DNA of 64,000 nt from Rhynchopus sp. YZ270_cl-10. Its lineage: Eukaryota. Both the position numbers and the translations under genes were made by a program. Numbering within the stretch: position 1 is the stretch's first letter; each line of letters starts with the position of its first letter. The stretch lies in the NCBI GenBank assembly GCA_964035575.1, contig OZ037833.1, positions 2,108,001 through 2,172,000 on the forward strand. The letters run 5' to 3'. The notes beneath the pieces are model-generated. The model made no database searches. It worked only from the letters and a program-made list of their open reading frames with translations, and was not told the DNA's origin. Positions 53,458-62,916 of this stretch are shown piece by piece.

Positions 53458-55818
53458 GTGTGTGTGTATGTGTGCGTTGTGCGTGGACTGTGTGTGTGTG
53501 GGGGAGGGACAGCGGGGGAATATCAATTTCGTTTTCCTCTGTGTACGGCGAGCAAAAATCATAACAAAAATACAAAAAAAAAAAATCCAGTGGCAGTCAG
53601 ACGAGGCTCAGCGAAAGAAATTTTCGTGTAGGGTGTTGGTGGTGAACTAAAAAAGGTTGAACATGTTTGTAAATCAAATACCACAAAAAAAAAATAAAGC
53701 CCACGCCTGTCTTCGAGTATCAGCCTGCCACAATCAACCAAAAAACAATTCACTCGATAGTGAAAAATATTTTTTTTGACCTCGAATGGTATCTCTCCCT
53801 TCGTGATCGTGGATACATTTTCTTTTTTTTTGCTGCTAGTCGAAAACGAATGAAAAGAAGTGAAAAAAAAAGAGAAAAATAGGGGAGCGGGAGGGGGGGG
53901 TTTGAAAATGCTTTTGTTATAGCTTGTACTCTTTGTTTTTGCTATTTTGTATTTGCGTTTGTTTAGCTTTTTAGATCCTTAACAACAAAAATAGGGGAGC
54001 GGGAGGGGGGAGGTTGAGCTAATACTGTGCCACCCAGCTCGTCACTGAGCGAGTAAGCAATAATAATGATCATAAAACGTGAGATGAACGTGCCTCTTCT
54101 GCACATACATCTATAAAAAAAAATGTGCTACCTAGTCATCTAGGTGGCGTAAGATGATCCTGAGCCTTACAGAGCGCAGTCTCCAGGGGGAAAAAAATAG
54201 AGGGTGCTTTGTTGTTGTTGCCGAATAGGTTGAAAGATTTTTTTTTTTGATAAATTGTTGGAGTAGTGTTGCCTCGGTAGTGTTGCCACAGTTTGTGCAA
54301 TCTCCACTGTCCAAAAAGTTTTGATTTGGATGACCCGAAACCTCATGTGCTCACTCATCACTCCCCTTGATCACATTGATAATAGCACAGCATCAGTTGT
54401 GCGAGAAAAAAAAAATTAAACCAGACGAGCAAAGCCCAAAAATCACACCAGGGACTTAATATAGGGGGTATTTTATTTTGCACGAGGAAATCGCGCACAT
54501 ATCCACCTAATTATATTTTTTTTCAAAAAAAAATCGTGAACCATCCTAACCACGACGGGGGGGGGATATGGGGGGGGGGTATTTTGTAATGAGTGAGAAT
54601 TTGAGGAGGGGAGCTTTTTGAGTACATAAAAAGGTAGTAAAAAGATTGTGTTGCAATTTTCCTTGCGAAGGAGGGGGTTTGGGGTTGGGGTTGGGTTTGG
54701 GAAAAAGAGGGAAAGACTTTCTTTTGAATCCTGTTATTTTTTTATTACGTTGTGTCAACACAATTTTTTCCCTGAAGAGGCTATCAAAAGCCGGAACCCA
54801 GGGTTTGCTGTGTGCTACTCATGTTGTCCGAAACCTTTGTACGACGCAAAGGCAAGGAACACGATTTTTTTTTTTTTTTCAAAAAAAAAAAAAGATTGGC
54901 GAGGTTAATGCTTCCTTCAAGAAGCACGTTCAGGAGTGGACAATTTCGGGAAAGAAGAAAAAGGGTTTTTTTTTGTAAGATGAACCTAAGCTTCTCTGTG
55001 TTTAGTCACCTTAATAAGTGGTGGTCGATGCAGGCACCTTGGATGCAGCGCAAAATAAAAGTTGCGATGCAAACGTCTCACCGGACACGGACAAGATGCA
55101 GGCACCCAATTCTCGAGAAAGAGAAATAAAATAAAATAAAATTAGAAAAACTTGGTACGTTGAATCTGAACTTCTGCCTATCGACAAGAAGTAGTCATCG
55201 ACCTAAATAAAGAAAGAAAGGTATGGGGAAGTGAAGGAAATACCACCTCAAACAAATTTTTTTAGCAGGTGGTGGGATAAACGTGCTCAAACCGAATGAC
55301 TCGGGGTAGCAAAAAAAATAATACTAAAAGAGAGAAAGAGGGAAAGATTTTTTGTTATTTTATTTTGAGACGATTTTCGTATTTTTTTTAAACCCTTTCC
55401 GGACGGGAGGCACTTTTATGCCACAAGAAGAAACGGCCGCCGTCCGGAAAGGAATAAAAGAAACGGTGTTGCTTTGAGTACCCCTATTTTTTTCCCCTTC
55501 CACATTGCTGTAAAATGCCGTTTTGGATGACCCCATTCAGGTTCACCCCTTTTTTTACTAACGGGTCTCCACTAATAAGCACACAATGCCCACTGTCCAC
55601 AAAACGCCTCTCCAACGCAGTTTTGCTGTTACGATAAAACAGAGACTGTGGATACACTTTTTTTCAGCGCAAGGCTTATTTTCAGACCACATTTTTTTTT
55701 ATAAAAGGGTCGCTGCCTTTTTTTTGGGGATGATCGACACTTTTGTCCAATAAAAAGCAAGGGTCAAGGAAAGAATGGGGCTTTTTTTTCCTTTGTTTTT
55801 TTTTTTTTCTCTTGAAGG

Positions 55819-56370
55819 CAGGGAAATAGCTTGGTTTTCCTCCAAAATCAGGAATTATGCGAAAACGAATTTTTTTTCCGCCCGGTCGAAAGCGGTCGTT
55901 GCGCTTCGCGCAAGCCTCCCTGAGTGGAGAGGCGAAAGGTCAATTTGCGAGATAACCAAAAACGGAATGTAATCCCTTATTACGGAGCTTGGTCTTGCAC
56001 CTTACGTTCCACTAACCGTGTGGAAAAAAATAAATGGCGCCGCAGGCGAAAAAAAAATAGGGTACGGTGTAAAAATGCTGGTTTACAACCACACAGTCAC
56101 TCAACAAACCCTTTTTTGCGGAGCAAAAAAGGAAAATGGCGCCGCAGGCAAAAAAAAAAAAATTAAGGGGTACGGCGCATCTGCAAGCGCAGCGAGCGAA
56201 AATTTTAAGGTTCCATCATTCCAGTCATCTGGGAGATCTGGGGGTCCGCGGGCGAGGGGCCCCCAAAAGTGCCCAAAAATCCCCTCTTTTTTTTTTTTTT
56301 TTTTTTTTTCCCCCAAAAAATCCAGAATTATGCGATGTCGCATAATTCGGTATATGGAGCTATTTCCCTG
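55819..56370. mobile_element. hAT-like MITE family 1, copy b (inverted)
   Basis: Same TIR, 8-bp TSD CTTGAAGG. Confidence 0.92.
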
Positions 56371-57487
56371 CTTGAAGGGTTTCTTTACAAAAAGAGAAAA
56401 TATCATTAGTGCACTGCTTGGGTATTACTTGCAGTATCCTTAGGGACCTGCAGTGTTCCATGCAACTGTGCAGAACTGAAGAGAGAGAAAAGAAAGAGTT
56501 TTTTTTTTGAAATACAAAGCCCTCTAGAGACAGTGTACCTCGCGCGCGGGGGGAAATAAGGTTTGGTAAGAATGTACTAAGCCTCTTGCTTAGCCACCTT
56601 CAAAATAAATAAAAAACTCATGGCGGCAAAGGGGCTGAGAACGACAAACGGAAACGCAGTGCATATTCTCTCCGATCTATTATGTGTTTTTGCACAATAA
56701 TAATATAAAAACACGTAATTATGCATTTCTGCTCTTTGTCAACCCAGAGGGGAGGAACGGGTTGTGAACCCGGTGTATAAATAAGTTAAACAACGAATAA
56801 TCCACCAATCCCAGGAACCTTTCATAAGACAACTTGGCTTAGAGGAGTACGAAGGATAGGGGAGTCGGGAGGTATCAAGGAGGCTGACATATATAAAAAA
56901 GAAGAATAGGAAAAGGAATAAGAAAATGAAGACCAGGATAAAGAAAAGAAAAAATTGGCAATATCTTAAATGTAACGGACGACGGCCCGTTTGCCCACGG
57001 GTCGTGTCCTGTTGTACAAAAAATATGCACTAATATTTTGTTGTAGAAAACAGTAACGCCTCTCCCCAAGGCGCAAATTTCCATTTTTCAAGACTATGCG
57101 TCTCTAATCCTCACGGAGAGGGAATTGCAACACAATAATATTATGCATGGATGTCCGAAGTAAGTAAAACAGCAAAAAATCGGCGTCTTTTTGGACCAAA
57201 TTATCACGCAGGAAGAAAAAAGATTTTTTTTTTTTGTAAGATGAACCTTCCCGGTGCTTGGTCACCTTCGGGAGGGCCTCTCAAGTAACTCATACAAATA
57301 AAAAAAAAACAAAGAAAACTTGTAGATGAATGTGCCTCTGCACAAACAAATAATTTCACTTGAAATACAAAGTCCTCTTGTGACAGTGTAAGCGAACATA
57401 AATGAAAGGTGGTGAATGTTAGGTACAGGATCAAGTTAACTACAGCCGCCACACCAACGTACCCCACCCCCCCCTTTTTTTTCCACA

Positions 57488-57636
57488 CACGGTGGACTCT
57501 TCCTGGAAAGGGCAACTTAAAAGGAGGTAGAACGGGAGGGAGTGCCAACTCCCCCTAGCCTAAAGGGGAAGTATCAACTCCCCCTTTTTGGAACTCCAGA
57601 ATAAAGTTGCCCTTTTCCAGAAAGAGGTCTACGGTG
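57488..57636. repeat. ~150-bp foldback MITE
   Basis: cacggtggactcttcctggaaagggcaactt / aagttgcccttttccagaaagaggtctacggtg. Confidence 0.7.
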
Positions 57637-60120
57637 CAAAATAGAACTCAACGGACGCACCAAGCTTCGTTGTGTCCCGTAGAGGGTGGTATCAGGGTGA
57701 TTTAACCGGCAGTGATCGTTTTTTCCTTGTCATATGACACAATCAAGTACCTTCTTACCATTGCCCTTCTGAAAACAAAAAAAAAATTGTAAAAATGTGA
57801 AGGGAAAAAAAAAAGAAGAAGAAAAACGCTGTGGAGCGTGGGTGTGTGAGTGGTGAATACATAACGCAGAAATGGGCTAAAAACCCATTCTAAACCAATG
57901 CTTCTTATTCCACTCTGTTCGAAGGAGTGTCATTTATCTGAGTATTTTCGCCCCAGAAAGCAACGCACAACAAGATGAAGTGATACCAAAAAAGCAACTG
58001 AGGGGAGAGATGTGAGCGAACCGACGTGGTTTGCCATTCCTCTCGTGTACATCATTGTGAAAAGGGGGGGCAAAGGAAAGGGGGTGAAGAGAGAGAAAAA
58101 CTTGAAAGATGCAATACAGCTCTAAAACTAATGAAAAAAGGAAAAAAGGAATAAATAAAAAAACGCAAAAAATAAAAAATAAAAAACCCATATTTTTTAT
58201 CTCTGGTTTTATTTCGCGCTAGTTGGTGGTCCACACAAAATAATGAAGTTATTTTGATGATTTTTGAAAAGAGGAAAAAAGAAATACGGATAGCCACGGA
58301 ACAGAGGCACACTGTGGGTAATCGATTGGCTCTGCGGACATTTTTTTTTTGTTGTTGTTTTATTATTGAATCGAGGTTCTACACTCAATGTTCGCTAGGA
58401 AGGTGCTTATAGAACGGCACTGTATCACTATCACCTTCTTTTTTTTTGCCATTCTGAAAAAAAAAAAAAAAAATCGTATACTTTCAGGAGAATGCAAATC
58501 AGTTGAGAAGGGTACAACACCAAAAAACAAATGCAACCTAAGAGAAAACTTCGGTAAGATGAACCTCAGCCTCGCAGTGCGCAGCCACCTGGTTCTCATT
58601 GAGAAACGGGCGTCATAAATACCATCATTACATCTGGCGTTATATCAAGAGAAGTGTTGAAAGTGCAAACAATACCAAATGATAAATAATGGTGTGGCTG
58701 AAGGGGGCTGATTCGCACTTTTTTTTTGCGCATTTTTCCGCACTTTTTGCGCCCCCCCCCCCCCCCCCCCCTCCATTCCGCCACACCATATAATTACCTT
58801 TTAACAATTTGCTATTATGGCATTTGGTTTTGGCCCTTTTCTGCACCAAATTTTGAACCTCCAAAAAAATTCATTTTGATATAATACCCTACCTATTCTC
58901 ATATTTCACTCTTAAAATAGCTCTGCACGACTCTTGCATACACAATCGTAATACTCCACGCGGTAGTTTTCATTCTAGAGGAGTGACCTTTTTTTTGTTG
59001 AGAACATTCGCAGGGGACGTAGTAACTCTCATAGGTGAGTAAAAAAAGGAGGAAAAAAAAAGTTATTTCGTTGATTGCTCAATTACCCTGTTGGAGGGGG
59101 TGATTGGCGACCGTATCGGAGGAACTATTTTCTCCTTTAAGTTACGCTTTGTAGGTATAAAAACATCACATAATTAGCATACAACGGTTCCGTTCGTGAT
59201 AGGGTACCGGGGTGGAGACCCAACCATCTGTTTCGTGGTTTACATCTGATAAACACCCTTTTTGTCTATTTTTTTTTTGACATTTTATTGTCACCTTTTT
59301 GTATCAAGCACACCTTTTTGTCAAAACGATAGGTTGCTTTCTGTACAAAAAAAAAAAAAAAGAATCCTGAAACAGGGTTCTATACAGCATTCCGCCCACG
59401 AGGGGCTGGCTCGGTCAGAATCGGTTTGACTCGGTCAGCCAAAAAAAAAATTTCCCCCCTCCACAGGGAATTATATAGGTTTTGGGTTTTTTCGCTGAAA
59501 CTCCGTCGAGCCCGGGTCCCCAACCTAGCTCAAGTTGGGGGCCTCCGGCGGAATGTGAGAATTCCTCGGTTATCCAACTGCGGAGTTCGGCACTTCATTG
59601 AAGCAATTCGTGCACCAGGCACAAGTGGTACACGAATTGTCTGTAGCCTCAGTACATTTATAACAAAGAAAGGGCGGTCACGGCACCCAAAGCGAAGCCA
59701 CGGTACGCAACATTTCTAAAAAAAAGTTGACACAAAACGGCACTGTCGCTGGTAATTGTGGTCAGCTTCCGTAATTTTACTCCCCTGTTTTTCTAAAACG
59801 AAAGTTTCTGGCGAAGCCACGGTACGCAACATTTCTAAAAATTGCGCTTAAAATTGCACATTTTTACTGCAAAAGTATATCATGGGAAGGGTGGGTTGCA
59901 ATCTTGCGCCGCAGGCGCACGGTACGCTACTTTTATTATTTCGCCATGCTGCATGCTTCCTTTTCCTTCGGCGTTTGACCAATTGAGTCGCGTTCTGGCT
60001 GTGACGGGGTCACTTTGTTCATGAGGCCATTTCTGGTCACTCTCAGAGGCTCGTGGGAGGTACCAAAATTTCCACCCCAAGATTTGGAAAAAAAATCTGA
60101 GATTTATAATAAAAAAAAAA

Positions 60121-61078
60121 GGGAAAACCTTTATTCGGCTCACAAAAAGTAATTTTTCCATCATTCGGCTCACAAAATAAAATTTTTCCATCATTCTATC
60201 AAAGTCACTATAATTTTTCCTTCATTCGGCTCACAAAAGTTAATTTTTCCACCATTCTATCAATATTTTGCCAATTTTTCCATCATTCTATCAAAGTTTT
60301 TTTTTTCACTTTTTCGAAGAAATTTTTGCCGCTGGAAAAAAAAATTTGGGTGGTTTTTTGAGGAAAAATGGGGTCATTTTTTTTGCATTTTTCGAAAAAT
60401 TTATAGTTCTAGGGTCACAAATTACACACTGTTTGCTAAACATGCAAAGACAAGTGGTCACTGGTGCCGAGTTTAACAGCTTGGATGACCTAAAGGAGAC
60501 GGTAACGTGGCAGTCCTTCATCCTCCACATTTTTCCTTCCGCGTCTCGAACCGCACAGGCACCCGAATGACCCTTGTGTGCCGGTTCCTTATGTGCATGG
60601 AGGGTGTGTGCGGTGCAAGACGGTGATGGTTGTCGCATCACCCAGCACGAGCGCACCTGCACCTCTGACGATCACCCTGTTGCCAACACAGGAATCGTCG
60701 GCGCCGTCGCCTCCCGGACCTGCGATAACGTGAGAAGTGTATCAAACTATGGTGCACATAGTGTGATTGCTGACATGCGTGACCTTCGCCGCAATAAGTC
60801 ACCTACGAATTTTCCCTCCCACAACCTATAAAAACGGGCAAAAAATCCTACCCAAAAATTTTTTCCAGTGGAAATATTTCCTCGAAAAAGTGAAAAAAAA
60901 AACTTTGATAGAATGATGGAAAAATTGGCAAAATATTGATAGAATGGTGGAAAAATTAACTTTTGTGAGCCGAATGAAGGAAAAATTATAGTGACTTTGA
61001 TAGAATGATGGAAAAATTTTATTTTGTGAGCCGAATGATGGAAAAATTACTTTTTGTGAGCCGAATAAAGGTTTTCCC
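60121..61078. mobile_element. Mutator-like element with ~240-bp TIRs
   Basis: GGGAAAACCTTTATTCGGCTCACAAAA... is mirrored at about 60840-61078. The element is inserted in an A-run. Confidence 0.9.
60442..60831 (+). pseudogene. MuDR-type transposase N-terminal DNA-binding domain remnant
   Basis: GAEFNSLDDLKETV...*...CAGSLCAWRVCA...ITQHERTC matches the G..F.S...K / C.WR..A / HTC pattern. There is an in-frame TGA at 60568-60570. Confidence 0.7.
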
Positions 61079-61254
61079 AAAAAAAAAAAAACGGCTGACC
61101 GAGTCAACGTCTGACTCGGTCAGACCGACCGAGTGACCGGGCCTATATAGAACCCTGCTGAAACGATTGTGTACACCTTACTGTGCACACAATGTTTCGT
61201 GATAAAATGGTATCTATAAAAAAAGGGTGTGTCAAAAGAAAAGAAAAGGTTCAT

Positions 61255-61289
61255 AAGATGAACCCAAGCCTCTGGTGCTTAGTCACCTT
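61255..61289 (-). promoter_or_regulatory. Family A bulged hairpin (representative of ~45 co-oriented copies, 7.7-62.3 kb)
   Basis: Sense strand AAGGUGA-CUAAGC-ACCAGAG-GCUUGG-GU-UCAUCUU. The repeat is directly visible; the regulatory role is inferred. Confidence 0.6.
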
Positions 61290-62916
61290 GGCAAAAAAAA
61301 AGGGTTGATGGTGCAAAACACCCCGAGAGGCAGGCACCTGGCATTCCGTGGGATTATCGAAGCCCCGGAGTGCTACACTAGGGAGATGCTCACAGGAAAA
61401 CTGCGAGCCAAAAATAAGTTCCCCATACATAAAAAGAGTGTGATGGAGAAGGAAAGAAGCCACTAGAAACAGTGTATTTGATATCTTTTTTTGCAAATAA
61501 GAGGAATTCGCCTCAGGAAAATTCATCTATAAAGAAATAAAGTTTTTAAAAAAAAATGTGCAAACGCCTTTACCAGAAACAGGACGCAGGGCACTGAAAG
61601 AAAACACACCCGCCCGACTCCTATTTTTTCGTTCTAATTCTGTCGTTTTCTGCCCCCTCCCAATAAAAAAAAAAAAAAAAAAGAACAAAGGAAAATACTG
61701 AAAAAGACGAATTGAATCCCGGGAGGGGAGTGCCAAAAAAAAAAAGAAATAGAAAACCTTTTGACGAAGCTATGCCCCATTGGACTTAGTCACCAAAAGA
61801 CAATGTGTACTCACGGCCTAGACGGGAGGGAAAGGTGGGGATGGGGAAAGCTGAGGGTTGTAACTTTGTCGATGTATTGTAATATTATGAAATAAATAAG
61901 TAAAAAAGTTTTTTTTTTTGAAAGAGAACAATGCGCAAATCTCGTTCACCCACACACAACAATGGGTAATGTTTTGTTCTTAGGAACTACCTACATTTAC
62001 TTTCAAACGCACACATCAGCAAAATACATAAAACACTGTTCGTGGATCTTAAGGGTAATGGGAAAGGGGAATATTTTTGAGGAATAAAAAGGTGATGCAC
62101 ACCAAAAATCAGGGAAGGGAGAGTGGGGGGAAAGGGGTAAAGAGTAAAATTCGTTCACACATAAACGATGTGGGAACTGTCGTTTGTCGTTTTTTTTTTT
62201 TTTTTTGGCGAGACATAGAAACGTACACATTCATCACACGAAAAAAAGAAATGAAAAGTTGATAAGACCCTAAGCCTCTGCTTAGCCACCTTATAATGCA
62301 CGTTTAAAAAAAAAACCCTCCTATGGGAGAGATTGTGAAAACGCGCTCACACCTCGACCTTTTGGTGAGGCGTGGCTCTGCAGTAGCGGTTCGTTCCCCC
62401 AGAACCGCAGGTGTATTCAAAATGCATTGTTTCTACTTCCTCCTTTATCTCATGAGGTGACAAGAAGAAAAAAAACCTCTCAAAAAAAAATCAATAAAAG
62501 CTGGGGGGGTAAAAAATGTAAAGCGAGGGAGGGACAAACGGATGTATAAAAAAAATTGCGGTTTTGTGTCGGGCATGTTGGGTGGGATAGGGTAGGAGGA
62601 TTAAAATAAGCAAAAAGAGGGGGTGGCGCGGGGGGGGGGGTGAGGGAGGGAGAGACATCAGGAAAGACTGGGAAGAGGGGATGGTTGGAAAAAGCTATTT
62701 TTTTTTGTCCGGTCTTTTATTCAGGATCTGAAATCTATGCACTCCACATCCCTACCTTGTATCGAATACGATCACCTTTTTTTTTGTCTTGAAATATTGA
62801 AAATAAAAATCACAACACACCAAAATCACTCCAAAGCAATTTTCCTCCTAATCTAGCTCTCTTCAATGGAAAATTTCTGAACTTTTCTGGCCCAAAAAAA
62901 AAAAAAAACAAAAAAT

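Larger units (their letters stand above)
59373..61157. mobile_element. Non-autonomous TIR element (CAGGGTTCTATA) hosting a nested MULE
   Basis: TIR pair, flanking CTGAAA duplication and subterminal GACTCGGTCAG repeats at both ends. Confidence 0.75.

Noticed and set aside
54977..55012. H/ACA or C/D snoRNA, IRE, SECIS or hammerhead identity for the hairpins
   Set aside because: They are too short and lack consistent ACA/AGA, C/D, CAGUGN-loop (sense strand), AUGA-GA or CUGANGA-GAAA cores.
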